From IMG/VR virus record IMGVR_UViG_3300049571_000412: DNA of 64,000 nt; one strand, written 5' to 3'. Source of the stretch: an uncultured virus (IMG/VR IMGVR_UViG_3300049571_000412) (Duplodnaviria; Heunggongvirae; Uroviricota; Caudoviricetes). The notes under the pieces are model-generated. The model made no database searches and was not told where the DNA came from. It saw nothing but the letters and a program-made list of their open reading frames with translations. The position numbers and the translations under genes are program-made. Positions 18,349 to 28,145 of this stretch are shown one piece after another; the first letter of the stretch is position 1, and the number at the start of each line of letters is the position of its first letter.

Positions 18349-18791
18349 CCGTCCCCTCGGTCATCGGGTGGTGCTGCCAGGAAGAGGAACGCCCCGCGGT
18401 AGCCCGTCGTCTCGCGGACCGCGTCACCGAGGCGTTTGCCGTAGCGGCGGTTGAGCCAGGCGAAGATGTGCCCGGGTGCCTCGACCGCCATCGCGCCGTC
18501 GACCGACCCGATGCAGGCCATCGGCTCCAGCCAGATCTTGAAGGTCGGGACCGGATACCGGTCACTCAGCGCGTTCAGCACCCAAGGCCACGCTCGGACG
18601 GCCTCGGCGTCCGCGGAGATCCGGGGACGGAGACGCTGTTCGCGTTCCGCCTGGGCTGCTGCCGAAGAGGCGGCGAGAGCGCTATGGCGGCTCTCCTGGT
18701 CCATGAGGCCACCGACCGCTGCGAGGTCGCGGCGACGACGGGAGCCTTCGCGCACCCTCTGTTGCCTCTGCTGCTGCGTGGCCATCAGCAC
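18339..18791 (-). CDS. Protein with DnaA N-terminal-like domain
   Basis: W..VL..L...TFKIWLEP...VEAP..IFAWL..RY pattern. Confidence 0.6.
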   Translation of the reverse strand: MLMATQQQRQQRVREGSRRRRDLAAVGGLMDQESRHSALAASSAAAQAEREQRLRPRISADAEAVRAWPWVLNALSDRYPVPTFKIWLEPMACIGSVDGAMAVEAPGHIFAWLNRRYGKRLGDAVRETTGYRGAFLFLAAPPDDRGDGCL

Positions 18792-18918
18792 TCCCCCCCG
18801 GCAACGGGGGGGCTAGGGGGGGTGCTGTTGGGGTCGGGTCGGGTCGGGTCTAGGGTCCGCGCGCCACGGCGCCGGAGTCCGTGCCCCGTCCGGGCGGACA
18901 ACTTGCGGACGCCGCGCG

Positions 18919-19263
18919 TCATCCGCCCGCCCTCGCCTTCCGTTTCCGCTCGGCTTCCCTCTCGCGTCTTGCTGCGAGGTCGGCCTTGGACGGGTTGTAG
19001 TCGAGGAAGTCGTGAACCGCGAAGTCGCCGCCCGCCTCCTCCAACATGATGAGGTCGGCCAGGGTGCTGATCACGAGCTTGCGCTCTTTCGGTTTGGGGA
19101 GCAGCCCCTCCACGAACCAGGCCGGGACAGCGCCGTCCGTTTCGTGGTCGGCCGCGTAGGAAATCGCCATCACCTGCAGGCCGACTGCGGATCCACAGCG
19201 GTACCACGCCGCTCGCACCTTCGGGTGCGAGTGGAAGCTGTCGTCGACTTTCGCCCACGTCAT
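18919..19263 (-). CDS. Phage replication initiator-like protein (N-terminal part)
   Basis: TWAKVDDSFHSHPK...TDG...VHDFLDYNPS pattern typical of actinophage RepA-like proteins. Confidence 0.7.
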   Translation of the reverse strand: MTWAKVDDSFHSHPKVRAAWYRCGSAVGLQVMAISYAADHETDGAVPAWFVEGLLPKPKERKLVISTLADLIMLEEAGGDFAVHDFLDYNPSKADLAARREREAERKRKARAGG

Positions 19264-20960
19264 GCCCCCGCCGGCTCCAACTCTCGGTCGCGCGTCTCTC
19301 GTTCGGCCAGCGCAAGGTCGATCCGCTCCACCATCAGCGCGACGTTGGCCTGGTCGATCAGGTCCGCGGCCTCGCCCCTCGTGTCCGGCGCCCCGATCCC
19401 GAAACGACGGAGCATCCCGTGCTGTTTCGGACTGACCTTCTCGCTCCGCCACGCCGCCTTGGAGTCGACCAACTGGCGGCTGCCGTGTTTCCTGACCGTC
19501 TCCTCGGCGGCGCCCTGCGCGTATCCGAGGTCAAGCCCGCGGGCTAGGAACTTGAAGGACCCCTTGTGCCTCTCACCATCGACCTCGACCTGCTTCTTCG
19601 GGTTGACCAGCAGGACGTCGAAGTGCTCGGCGCCGTCGGCGAGCGGGCGCAGGACGATCGTCTCGGTCCCGTTGAGCGCGATCGCCCAGCAGTCGGACAC
19701 CTTGATCCAGTTCATCCGGTCGCGGTCGAAGAACTCGATCGACTCGGCGCTCCGCTTCTTGCGCTCCTTGACCTCGGATGCCTTGCGGTTCGTCTCGGCC
19801 TCTCGGTCGCGCGCCTCCTGGTCCTCGCGCTCATGGCGGCGGCGGGCCTCGCCGATCGACTCGCCCTCGAGCAGATCCCGCAGCCCGAAGAGGGCGGGCA
19901 GCGAAGCGATGGAGTTGTCCTCGCTCGCGCCGACCACGTCGAGCAGAAGGCAGTCCTTCTTGCCCGGGTAGAGCCGCAATCCGCGGCCGACGATCTGGGT
20001 GTACTTGACGTTGCTCTTGGTCGGCGCGGCGAGGACGATGCATTCGACCGACGGCTCGTCGTAGCCCTCGGTCAGGATCGCGCAGTTGCTGAGAACGCGC
20101 GTCTCGCCGGTGTGGAAGCGGTGGAGGATCGCGGCGCGCTCATCGTCGGGGGTGCTGCCGTCGACTGCCTCGGCAGCGATGCCCTCGGCGCAGAAGACCT
20201 CCGCCATGCGGTGGGCCATGGCGACGTTCGGGGCGAAGATCAGCGTCTTGCGATCGCTCGCGTAGTCCCGCCAACTGTCGAGCACCAGGTCGGGGGTGTT
20301 CGCGAGTTCGAGCTTGTCGGCGAGGTCGTCGGCCTGGAAGTCGCCGTGGCTCTTCTTGACCGCGCCGAGGTCGACGTCGACGCTGATCCGTTTCCCTCTC
20401 GGTTCGCAGAGGTAGCCGTGCCGCACCATCCACTCGATCGAGCGGGCGAAGACGATCTCGTCGAAGTGCTCCTCGAGATCCTTCCCGTCGGCCCGTTCGG
20501 CCGTGGCGGTTACGCCGAGGAGCAGGTCGGGGTTCAGCCACTCGATCGCCTCTTGGTAGGACGGCGCGACGATGTGGTGGGCCTCGTCGACGATGACCGT
20601 GTCGATGTCCGGTGGTAGTTGCTCCCGGCGAGACTTCCGGGCGAGGGTCTGGACCGAGGCGACGATGATCGACTTGTGGACGTCGTTCTGTTTCGCCTTG
20701 ACGTAGCCGATCTCCATCGCGAGCTCCGGCGCCGCGTCCTCGAGCTTTTCCCCCGCCTGTTTCAGCAGCTCGTCGCGATGAGCGAGCACGACGGTGACCC
20801 CGCCGGGTCGATGGCGACGGCGGATGACCTCCCCGAAGACGACCGTCTTGCCCGAGCCGGTCGGACTGATCGCCAGCTGGCGGCCCACCCCGCGCGCGAC
20901 CCCGGCGAGGACCGCCCCGACGCATTCCTCCTGATAATCCCGCAGGACGATCCCGCTCAC
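19260..20960 (-). CDS. DEAD/DEAH-box helicase
   Basis: LRDYQ, PTGSGKT, DEAHH, TAT, LTEGYD and QIVGRGLR. Confidence 0.92.
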   Translation of the reverse strand: MSGIVLRDYQEECVGAVLAGVARGVGRQLAISPTGSGKTVVFGEVIRRRHRPGGVTVVLAHRDELLKQAGEKLEDAAPELAMEIGYVKAKQNDVHKSIIVASVQTLARKSRREQLPPDIDTVIVDEAHHIVAPSYQEAIEWLNPDLLLGVTATAERADGKDLEEHFDEIVFARSIEWMVRHGYLCEPRGKRISVDVDLGAVKKSHGDFQADDLADKLELANTPDLVLDSWRDYASDRKTLIFAPNVAMAHRMAEVFCAEGIAAEAVDGSTPDDERAAILHRFHTGETRVLSNCAILTEGYDEPSVECIVLAAPTKSNVKYTQIVGRGLRLYPGKKDCLLLDVVGASEDNSIASLPALFGLRDLLEGESIGEARRRHEREDQEARDREAETNRKASEVKERKKRSAESIEFFDRDRMNWIKVSDCWAIALNGTETIVLRPLADGAEHFDVLLVNPKKQVEVDGERHKGSFKFLARGLDLGYAQGAAEETVRKHGSRQLVDSKAAWRSEKVSPKQHGMLRRFGIGAPDTRGEAADLIDQANVALMVERIDLALAERETRDRELEPAGA

Positions 20961-21781
20961 GCGTATTCGTTCTCCGGGGAGTAGGGCGAGGAGGCCGGGA
21001 GCACCCCGTGGTGGTGGTCGGGCGCGTCGGTGCCGGCGGCGACGGACGAGGACTCGACCCGCCCGCGACCGCTCTTACCTTGTTCTTGGCCGGCACCGAC
21101 GGGTGAGTCGCCCGACCGAACGCTGATGGAGGACCCCGCACCGCTGGAGGCGCCGGTACTGCCAGACGCACGGCCCGTCGAGGGGGCAGGGACATGACAA
21201 CCTGCCTGCCCTTCGGGGTTTTCAGCGTTCGGTCCGGCGACAAGGTCCCTGCCTCGCTCCGTCAACCGGTACTCGTTGGATTTCGCGCCGTTGCGGCTCG
21301 GGACCGTCGAGGCGCGGCGCCCGCACTCGACCATCCGCCTGCGGTTCACCCACTTGGCGATCTGCGAGCCGATGACGTTGCGGTGGTCGTCGGGGATCCC
21401 CAATGCCTCCAGGTCATCGGCGTGGAACTTGCCTGACGGGTTCGCCTTGAAGTGGCGCAGGATCGCCTCGTCGACCACCATCGACCAGTGGGCCTTCGCG
21501 TCTTCCTGAAGAGCACGGGCATCAGCGACGGTGCGCGTCTGGGTAACGGCGGTGTCAGCGGCCCGTTTCAGACGCTTGTAGTGCGATTCGGCCTCATAGA
21601 TCGCATTCGCCTTCATCCGGCTCAGATCGGCGCCGCAGCCACACCCACATATATGGGCCTCGCAGTACGGGCAGGAGACCGCCGACTCGGGCAGTGGAAG
21701 GTTCGGCACCGACCATTCGGCCCCGCAGCGTCCGCACTCCATCGCGCGGCGCGGCGGCTTGACGGTGGCGGCGACGGTCAC
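20957..21781 (-). CDS. Hypothetical Zn-ribbon / winged-helix protein
   Basis: CGRC, CPYC, CGCGC and YRLTERGR. Confidence 0.55.
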   Translation of the reverse strand: MTVAATVKPPRRAMECGRCGAEWSVPNLPLPESAVSCPYCEAHICGCGCGADLSRMKANAIYEAESHYKRLKRAADTAVTQTRTVADARALQEDAKAHWSMVVDEAILRHFKANPSGKFHADDLEALGIPDDHRNVIGSQIAKWVNRRRMVECGRRASTVPSRNGAKSNEYRLTERGRDLVAGPNAENPEGQAGCHVPAPSTGRASGSTGASSGAGSSISVRSGDSPVGAGQEQGKSGRGRVESSSVAAGTDAPDHHHGVLPASSPYSPENEYA

Positions 21782-22131
21782 GCGACGAACGCTCCCCGCG
21801 AGGACAGCGCGCCGTCGCAGTCAGGCCGCTCAAGCCGGTGCTGGAACTCGGCGGATCCCCACCAGTCGCAGGAGTCGCACCGGTATTCGTGCGCCTTCCC
21901 CTCCCGCAGGTCGTCGGCGCCCTCCCACTTCTCGTGGCAGCGAGTGCACTCGATGGAGGCGGCAGACTGGATCGGGAAGCCGTCCTCGGATTCCAGCGGG
22001 CCGTAGTCGATAGCCGCCGGGCCGGCGGTCGGGAAGGACACACGTACCTCGCGGCGTGCCTTCGGGACCAATTCGACCTCTTGGGTCAGGGAGTTCTCGG
22101 CACCGCATTTCGGGCAGAGCGTCGGCTTCAT
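21778..22131 (-). CDS. Hypothetical Zn-finger protein
   Basis: Three CxxC pairs. Confidence 0.55.
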   Translation of the reverse strand: MKPTLCPKCGAENSLTQEVELVPKARREVRVSFPTAGPAAIDYGPLESEDGFPIQSAASIECTRCHEKWEGADDLREGKAHEYRCDSCDWWGSAEFQHRLERPDCDGALSSRGAFVA

Positions 22132-22547
22132 CGCGCCGCCATCCGTCGAAGCCCGTGGAGCACGGTGGTGTGGTCACGGTTCAGGATCCGGCCGATCTGT
22201 GGCAGGGAGGCGTCCGTCTCGGAACGGGCCGCCGTCATAGCCGCCCAGCGGGCGCGGACGAGCCGCGGTGATCGGCTGGTCGATCGAAGTTCCGCGAGGG
22301 AGATGCCTCGCTCGCCGGCGACGCGCTCGACCACGCGCAGCGCCTGGTCGTCGATCTCGCGGGCGGTGGACGGTGCGGGCAGCGGTACCGGGGGGTGGCT
22401 CGGTGCAGCGGGCGTCCGGCGCGGCCCTCGCCGGGGTCGCCACTCCGCACCCGGCTCGGGCTTCGCGATCCGGACGATCGCAAGCGACCCGTCGTCTTCG
22501 ACGCGGACCAGCGAGTAGCAGCAGGGGCACTGGGTGACGGTGCTCAT
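22128..22547 (-). CDS. DnaA C-terminal (domain IV)-like HTH protein
   Basis: ARWAAM...SLPQIGRILNRDHTTVLHG. Confidence 0.8.
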   Translation of the reverse strand: MSTVTQCPCCYSLVRVEDDGSLAIVRIAKPEPGAEWRPRRGPRRTPAAPSHPPVPLPAPSTAREIDDQALRVVERVAGERGISLAELRSTSRSPRLVRARWAAMTAARSETDASLPQIGRILNRDHTTVLHGLRRMAAR

Positions 22548-23101
22548 GAGTCGCCCCACTCCCATGTGCGGGCGCCGGCTTCGTGCTCGCCGTCGTGGCC
22601 GTTCGGCTTCTCGCAGAAGGTCCGGGCGTGTGGGTTCGTCGAGAGGCACGGCGGCGTCCAGAGGCCGAGCGCGCCCCTGATCGGCGGCGTGTAGTTGAGT
22701 TCGGGCCTCTTCAACGCCCAGGCGTAACGGCCGGGCGAGTAGTCACCGAAGTCGTACTCCTCAGGGGTAGCTTCGACACCTACCAACCTGCGCGCTGCGT
22801 GTAGGGCGGCACCCACTGAAGGCGACGTCGAGAAACACCCGACCAGCTCGCACTCCGCGATGATGATTCCGCGAGGAAGGTCGGCCGGGTCGGCGTATTC
22901 GGCATCCACCAGCACCGACCGGAACGGCTCGGTCGCGCAGAGCGCGCGCAGGCCGCGCATGCCCCCGACCGGGCCGAGCCCCTTCCCGGCGTGGATAGCC
23001 AGCGTTCCCCGGTAGGCGGTCGACCAGCTGCGCGTCTCGAAGTGCTTCGCGCCGATCGCGACCAGCGTCGCCCAGGGCTGGGTGATCGTCAGCGCCTTCA
23101 C
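22544..23101 (-). CDS. ASCH-domain protein
   Basis: KALTITQPWATLVAIGAKHFETRSW...GALGLW. Confidence 0.85.
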   Translation of the reverse strand: MKALTITQPWATLVAIGAKHFETRSWSTAYRGTLAIHAGKGLGPVGGMRGLRALCATEPFRSVLVDAEYADPADLPRGIIIAECELVGCFSTSPSVGAALHAARRLVGVEATPEEYDFGDYSPGRYAWALKRPELNYTPPIRGALGLWTPPCLSTNPHARTFCEKPNGHDGEHEAGARTWEWGDS

Positions 23102-23415
23102 GATCGCGCCGCCTCTCGCTCGCGGGCCTCGGCGATCAGCAGTCCGGCCCGCATGCCCTCCGCGAAGACGCCGGCCACAAGAGGGGCCAGGGCGCCGAGT
23201 CCTTGCGCCCGGATCCCGGCGGCGACGATCCCCACCTGCTCGATCGCGACCTCGCCGACTTCGTCGAAGTCCAGATCGGTGCCGGACCACACCGCCCGGG
23301 CGGCGGCCAGCAGGGAGTCGGCGCCGTCAGGCGTGTAGTGCTCGGGCCGCACGATCCGGGCCGCCTCTTGGCGTTCCGCCAACCGCCTCATGGCCTCTCG
23401 GACCTCGCCGGCCAC
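23098..23415 (-). CDS. Hypothetical phage protein
   Basis: Coupled ORF. Confidence 0.55.
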   Translation of the reverse strand: MAGEVREAMRRLAERQEAARIVRPEHYTPDGADSLLAAARAVWSGTDLDFDEVGEVAIEQVGIVAAGIRAQGLGALAPLVAGVFAEGMRAGLLIAEAREREAARS

Positions 23416-23595
23416 CTAGACCTCCTCGCCTTCGCCGTCACACCGGTTGTCCGGGCACACCGTCTGCTCATAGGTGATGTCCTCGCCCTCGCGCACGAAG
23501 ACGGTCCAGGCCTCCGGGCAGGCGTCGCAGGCGAGAGTGACCTCGCGACCGGTGGATGCGGCGTCCGCCATGGCCTCTGCTGCGCTGGTGCTCAT
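23416..23595 (-). CDS. Small Cys-containing protein (59 aa, not in ORF track)
   Basis: ATGA-coupled; CDAC...CPDNRC; fills the operon gap exactly. Confidence 0.5.
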   Translation of the reverse strand: MSTSAAEAMADAASTGREVTLACDACPEAWTVFVREGEDITYEQTVCPDNRCDGEGEEV

Positions 23596-24104
23596 GCGCG
23601 GGCGGTCGCCTTCTCGTGCGCCTCGATTGCCGGGCCGATCAGGGCCTTGGTGGCTTCACGCTGGAGGCGGAATGGTCCGAGGGACTCGGCGTCATGAGCC
23701 TCACCGTCAAGGGTGAAAAAGCCGGTGGTCGCGGTCCACTCCCCGTCGCCCGCCTTGTGGACTTGGCCGGCCAGCCGCCAGATCCCCAGCTTCGATACCT
23801 CCACTTCGACCATGAGGGTGCGGCGGCCGTCTCCCGGGCGGCCACCAAGCGCATGGCGCGTCCGGGCTTTCGGCTCCCAGATCTCCCGCTCCCACCCCTT
23901 CGGGTCGTGCGGGCACTCCATATTCAGGAAGTCAGGGTCGGCGCTGATCTCGGCGACGGTGCCGTGGCGGATGCTGCCGCCATTGCGGATCACCTTCGCG
24001 AGCGCCTTCTCGTCGTCGCGGTTGAGGTGGTCTGGGTCCGCATTCACGTAGGTGATGCAGCCGCACTTCTGGACGCCCGCGATCGCCGGGGTGTTGTCAG
24101 CCAT
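23592..24104 (-). CDS. Hypothetical phage protein
   Basis: TGATG coupling. Confidence 0.55.
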   Translation of the reverse strand: MADNTPAIAGVQKCGCITYVNADPDHLNRDDEKALAKVIRNGGSIRHGTVAEISADPDFLNMECPHDPKGWEREIWEPKARTRHALGGRPGDGRRTLMVEVEVSKLGIWRLAGQVHKAGDGEWTATTGFFTLDGEAHDAESLGPFRLQREATKALIGPAIEAHEKATARA

Positions 24105-24264
24105 CAGCGCCTCACCCCCGGCGCTTCCCTGAGGATCCGGCGGACCTTCTCCTCCGGCGTCTCGGGCTTCAGGACCACGGAGGCCACTCCGGAGCCGATG
24201 CCGTAGCTCATGCGCTCCAGGTCGGAGTCGCGACGGCGACGGGCGACGGTGGCGACGGTGGCCT

Positions 24265-24531
24265 TCAAAACGGCACCCCGTCCACGGCCTTGCGAAGGTC
24301 GTCCAGGTAGAAGCAGTACTCGCCGCCGATCTGGATGCCATGCAGCGTCCGGTGCGTGACGGCGTGCCGCGTCCGGTCGACGGGGGTCGCCATCACGATC
24401 GGGTGACTCGTGTGCTCATGGGCCGCCTGCTCGACGACCAGCTTCTGGCCCGCCTCGCGCTCGACCCCACTGAGGTCCGTGGTCGGCTTGTCGAGCACGA
24501 TCGTGTTGCCGATGGCGACGGAGCCGCTCAT
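24265..24531 (-). CDS. Hypothetical phage protein
   Basis: ATGA coupling. Confidence 0.5.
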   Translation of the reverse strand: MSGSVAIGNTIVLDKPTTDLSGVEREAGQKLVVEQAAHEHTSHPIVMATPVDRTRHAVTHRTLHGIQIGGEYCFYLDDLRKAVDGVPF

Positions 24532-24728
24532 GACCGCACCTGCGATCCATCGGCGCCACCGATCACGTCCCCGAGCGAGTCGACCTCTTCGTCGTGCTCG
24601 TTCTCGTAGCCGATGATGGTCTGGCCGGGAGGGCACTTCTCGCAGAGCACCGGGTAGGGGTAGGCGTTGCCGAGAGCCCCCTCAGACTCGAAGTAGCCTT
24701 CAACCTCACCATGCGTCGGGCAGCGCAT
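24528..24728 (-). CDS. Small hypothetical Cys-containing protein
   Basis: TGATG coupling; CPTH...CEKC. Confidence 0.45.
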   Translation of the reverse strand: MRCPTHGEVEGYFESEGALGNAYPYPVLCEKCPPGQTIIGYENEHDEEVDSLGDVIGGADGSQVRS

Positions 24729-25495
24729 CAGCGACTCACCCCGATCTCTTCGGGAAAGATGCGGACGCCGGGGATCTCGAGCTTGAACTCGCGGCCCTGC
24801 GCTTTCGCAAGTTGTGCCTCGGCCTGTACCGCCGCGGCGATCGACTTCTGGTTCGGCATCAGGTGCTCGCGAGGGACCGCGCCTGGGTCGACCACTTCGC
24901 ACTTCCACTTCGTGTAGGAGCCGAGGGACCCATAACCGCCCCGCAGGTTCTTCGGTGGTGGTGGCGGAGCGGGTGCAGTGGCGGTGGCGGCGTTGGCCGC
25001 TGCGTTGAACGCCTCCACGGCCAACTCCTGCGCCTCAGGGTTGTCCGGCTCGGCCATGGCGAGGCGTGCTGCCTCGGCCGAGTCGGCGGCTTTGTCTTCG
25101 GCTTCCTTGTCGAGCCGTTCCTGCTCCTTGCGCTGCGCGGCTTCCTGCGCCTCGCGCTCCTTCCTGGCGAACGCGAGGCCGGCCCGCTTCAGGGCTTCCT
25201 CGGCGGCCTTCGTCGGCGAGAGCAGCTCTTTGTACTCGGCGTTGACCGCCGCCGTGTTGTCGCGCCACGTTTCGGTGGTCGCCAGCTTGGTTGCTTCGGC
25301 CGCCTTCCGCGCTTCTTTCAGATCCTTGATCGCGTCGGCGGCTTCGTTGGCCTCGGCGCGGTCCGCGAACCCCTCCGGTTTCGCGAAGCGCCGGGCGTTG
25401 ATCAGCGCGGCCTTGACATCGCGCTCGTCCTCCTTAAACGAGGCGAGGGCGCGAACATCCTCCTTGGTGAGGGCGGTGATGGATGCCTCAGGCAT
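24728..25495 (-). CDS. Coiled-coil recombination-associated phage protein
   Basis: Long helical region ending VVDPGAVPREHL...EIPGVRIF; adjacent to the putative annealing protein. Confidence 0.6.
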   Translation of the reverse strand: MPEASITALTKEDVRALASFKEDERDVKAALINARRFAKPEGFADRAEANEAADAIKDLKEARKAAEATKLATTETWRDNTAAVNAEYKELLSPTKAAEEALKRAGLAFARKEREAQEAAQRKEQERLDKEAEDKAADSAEAARLAMAEPDNPEAQELAVEAFNAAANAATATAPAPPPPPKNLRGGYGSLGSYTKWKCEVVDPGAVPREHLMPNQKSIAAAVQAEAQLAKAQGREFKLEIPGVRIFPEEIGVSR

Positions 25496-26588
25496 TGGTC
25501 GCCCCCTCTCGTGCGAGGCCGCTCCAGTCGGGTTCGGGCAGATCGGATGCCGGCAGCGGTTTGGCCGGCGGCGGGTCGCCGCCGTCGCCCTGCTGCGAGC
25601 CTTCCGCCCCCTTGCCGTGGGAGGCGGCCTCCAGACGACCCTCGACCGCCTCCGCCTGGTCCGGGGTCAGGGCTTTCAGGGCGTTGATCACCCCTGCGTT
25701 GTTCTCGCCCTGGAGGCCGGCCGCGCCGACCGCCTTCAACATCAGGTCGACCTGCTTGAAGTCGAGTCCCACGCTGTTGATCGCGTTGCGGATCTGGACC
25801 ACCCGCTGCGGTTCGAGCCGTGGGCCCTGAGCCGGGCCGCCGCCCTGCGCGGGTGAGGACTCGGTCGCGCCCTCCTGGTCGGGGCTGTCCTCCACGTCCT
25901 GCGTGAACAGCGCCGAGGCGCCGGTGACCGCCAGGACGGCGTCGATCCGCGCCCGCTTGGAACCCATCTTGAGAACGGTGTTCCAGGTGTCGGGGAGATC
26001 GGGGTTCTCCTTGTCGCCCACCTCCTGGCCGACGACCCGCTGGTCATCCAGCGGGAACGTCGCCCCGCAGCCACCCTTCTTCTTCCAGCAGAACCACTCC
26101 GGCTCCTTGCGGCTCCTGAGGATCGTCTCCTCGCCGCAGTCCGGGCAGGCCCGCTCGCGGCGACGCTTTCCGTACTTGCGCTCGCGGGTCGAGCACATGC
26201 CCTCGCCGTAGCCCAGCCGGGCGCCGGTCGGGATGTGGAAGACCGTCGCACGACTGATGACGGTCAGGTGCTCACCCGGCCCCCACATCTCCTCGTTGAC
26301 CAGCTGGATGTCCAGCTGGAAGAGGACGGACAGCTTCTCGGCGCCGGGCTTCAGAAGAGATGGCTTGCCGCTGGTGCCGGGAACCACGCCGTAGTCGACG
26401 CCTTCCTCCATCGCCTTCTCCTGCGCCTCTTTGATGGCGGCCAGACGAAGGACGAGATCGGTCGGATCGACCTGCGGCGCGACGAGTACGGCGCCGCCGG
26501 TCGGAGCCATCGCGGACACATCGGGCACGGTCGGTATCTCCACCGCCGTCGCCTCGACCGTCTCGACGGCGCCGTTGTCCCCGCTCAC
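25488..26588 (-). CDS. Putative single-strand annealing/recombination protein with Zn ribbon
   Basis: DYGVVPGT..KPSLLKPGAEKL, NTVLKMGSKRA and FTQDVED; inserted CPDC...C...C. Confidence 0.6.
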   Translation of the reverse strand: MSGDNGAVETVEATAVEIPTVPDVSAMAPTGGAVLVAPQVDPTDLVLRLAAIKEAQEKAMEEGVDYGVVPGTSGKPSLLKPGAEKLSVLFQLDIQLVNEEMWGPGEHLTVISRATVFHIPTGARLGYGEGMCSTRERKYGKRRRERACPDCGEETILRSRKEPEWFCWKKKGGCGATFPLDDQRVVGQEVGDKENPDLPDTWNTVLKMGSKRARIDAVLAVTGASALFTQDVEDSPDQEGATESSPAQGGGPAQGPRLEPQRVVQIRNAINSVGLDFKQVDLMLKAVGAAGLQGENNAGVINALKALTPDQAEAVEGRLEAASHGKGAEGSQQGDGGDPPPAKPLPASDLPEPDWSGLAREGATNA

Positions 26589-27010
26589 GAACCGACCTCG
26601 CTGAAGTAGACGCGGACCGCCCCGAGGAACTCGTCGCACTGGGCGACCAGCCCCTGGGCCTCCAGGTACACCCGGCGCGGGGCGTGCTTGTCGAGGTGGT
26701 GCAGGTCCCGCGCCGCGTCGGTGCGGAACGCTGCGACCTTGTCGGCGGCACGGCCGATCGCCGCGTCGTCGATCTCGGGCACCGGCACCGGGTCGGCACC
26801 GAGGCCGTCGAAGCGCACCGCGTCTGGCTCGGGGGCCGCGTCGAAGAGCGAGGGGAACGCGAGGCGAAGGCCTCCGTCCATCTGCTCGCGGGCCTCGATG
26901 AGGTCGGCGTCGCTGACCGTCGCCAGCGCGCGCTGCCTCTCGCGGCGGGCGATGATCTCCCCGATCGGGGTCCCGTCGCGTAGGGTGTCCCTACCTGCGG
27001 GGGTGTTCAT
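26585..27010 (-). CDS. Hypothetical phage protein
   Basis: GGAGGT RBS 6 nt before the ATG at 27010. Confidence 0.5.
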   Translation of the reverse strand: MNTPAGRDTLRDGTPIGEIIARRERQRALATVSDADLIEAREQMDGGLRLAFPSLFDAAPEPDAVRFDGLGADPVPVPEIDDAAIGRAADKVAAFRTDAARDLHHLDKHAPRRVYLEAQGLVAQCDEFLGAVRVYFSEVGS

Positions 27011-27030
27011 GTCCATACCTCCGTGGTCAC

Positions 27031-27068
27031 GAACCGCCGGGGGTGCATCCCTGGCGGTTCTCTTTTTC
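27031..27068. terminator. GC-rich hairpin with T-tract on the + strand
   Basis: GAACCGCCGGGGG-TGCA-TCCCTGGCGGTTC followed by TCTTTTTC. Confidence 0.55.
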
Positions 27069-27111
27069 GAAGACTTCGCGGGTCGCCGCCCGCGTCCGAA
27101 GAGGGCCATCG

Positions 27112-27375
27112 CTATGCCGCCGCCCTCTGGTCGTCGGCCGGTTCGCTCATCGCGGCCGCCATGGCCTCGCGCCGGAGGGCGAAGGGTCCGAGCGGCTCGC
27201 GCCGGCGGCAGGTGCCGCAGTGCCCGCAGAAGTAGCCCGGCAGCGCAAACCACTCGCTGCCCTCGCGGTAGACCGTGCCGACCATCCGCCACACGGATCC
27301 GAACTCGGCTTCGACCAGCAGCCTGCCGGGGTCGGCGACCGAGCGGCGGATGCGGGTGATGCGGGTGACGGTCAT
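27112..27375 (-). CDS. Hypothetical phage protein
   Basis: Coupled ORF with CGHCGTC. Confidence 0.5.
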   Translation of the reverse strand: MTVTRITRIRRSVADPGRLLVEAEFGSVWRMVGTVYREGSEWFALPGYFCGHCGTCRRREPLGPFALRREAMAAAMSEPADDQRAAA

Positions 27376-27654
27376 CTAGACCACCGGCCCGAATCGCTCG
27401 CTTGCGGTCGGTCGCGCGTTGTAGGAACGCATCCGCTCGCGGCGCAGTTCGATGGTCCGGAGTTCGGCCTGAAGCTGATCCGCCAGCGCGTCGGCGCGGT
27501 TGCGCTCGACCAGGGCGTCGTGGTGGCGGTCGGCCCGGCGGAGGATCGCCCCCGTCAGGAGCATCACCGCCACCAAGGCGACGGCGGCGAACGTGACGGC
27601 GAGCAGTCCGACGCCCAGATCGCGGGCGGCGAGTTCGAGGGCGTGGCCGATCAC
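27376..27654 (-). CDS. Small membrane-anchored coiled-coil protein
   Basis: One hydrophobic segment; GTGA coupling. Confidence 0.55.
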   Translation of the reverse strand: MIGHALELAARDLGVGLLAVTFAAVALVAVMLLTGAILRRADRHHDALVERNRADALADQLQAELRTIELRRERMRSYNARPTASERFGPVV

Positions 27655-28145
27655 GACGCCTCCCGTAGGCCCGGCTCATCCCAGTAGTCGAAGCCGAAGG
27701 TTCTGCGCAGTCGCTCGAAGTGGTGGACGCCGTGCAACCGAGCGCCCACGGCGGAGGAAGCGAGTGAGGCGGCGCCCGCGCCACCGGACGCCGCCTCGGC
27801 TACATCTGGGCCGACTTCGGTTCGTACCTCGCTCTCTGCATCGGCGTCACTGGCATCACCCCCTCGGGTCGCGGTGTCCTCGAAGACGTGCCAAACCAGA
27901 TTGAAGTCGCGGTTGATGCAGGTCCCGATGTGACGGGCGGTGAGCGGGATCTCCTTGTGGCCGGTGCCGAAGTAGCCGAGGCGACGATCGACGGTCGACG
28001 GCGCGTCGGGGTCGACCAGCGCCCAGACGTAGACCGTGCCGTGCTGCATGTCGGCGTGGAGGATTTCGGCGGCGACCGGCATCCGGACGGTTCCGAACCC
28101 ACCGGCGGCGAGGACCGGGAATTTGTGGACGGCGCGGTCCATCAC
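27651..28145 (-). CDS. Hypothetical phage protein
   Basis: VWALVDP...GTGH...HIGT...LVWHVFE pattern common in phages. Confidence 0.65.
   Translation of the reverse strand: MMDRAVHKFPVLAAGGFGTVRMPVAAEILHADMQHGTVYVWALVDPDAPSTVDRRLGYFGTGHKEIPLTARHIGTCINRDFNLVWHVFEDTATRGGDASDADAESEVRTEVGPDVAEAASGGAGAASLASSAVGARLHGVHHFERLRRTFGFDYWDEPGLREAS

Noticed and set aside
22128..22547. Chromosomal dnaA / oriC
   Set aside because: Only an isolated domain-IV-like HTH in phage context; no AAA+ domain, dnaN or DnaA-box cluster.
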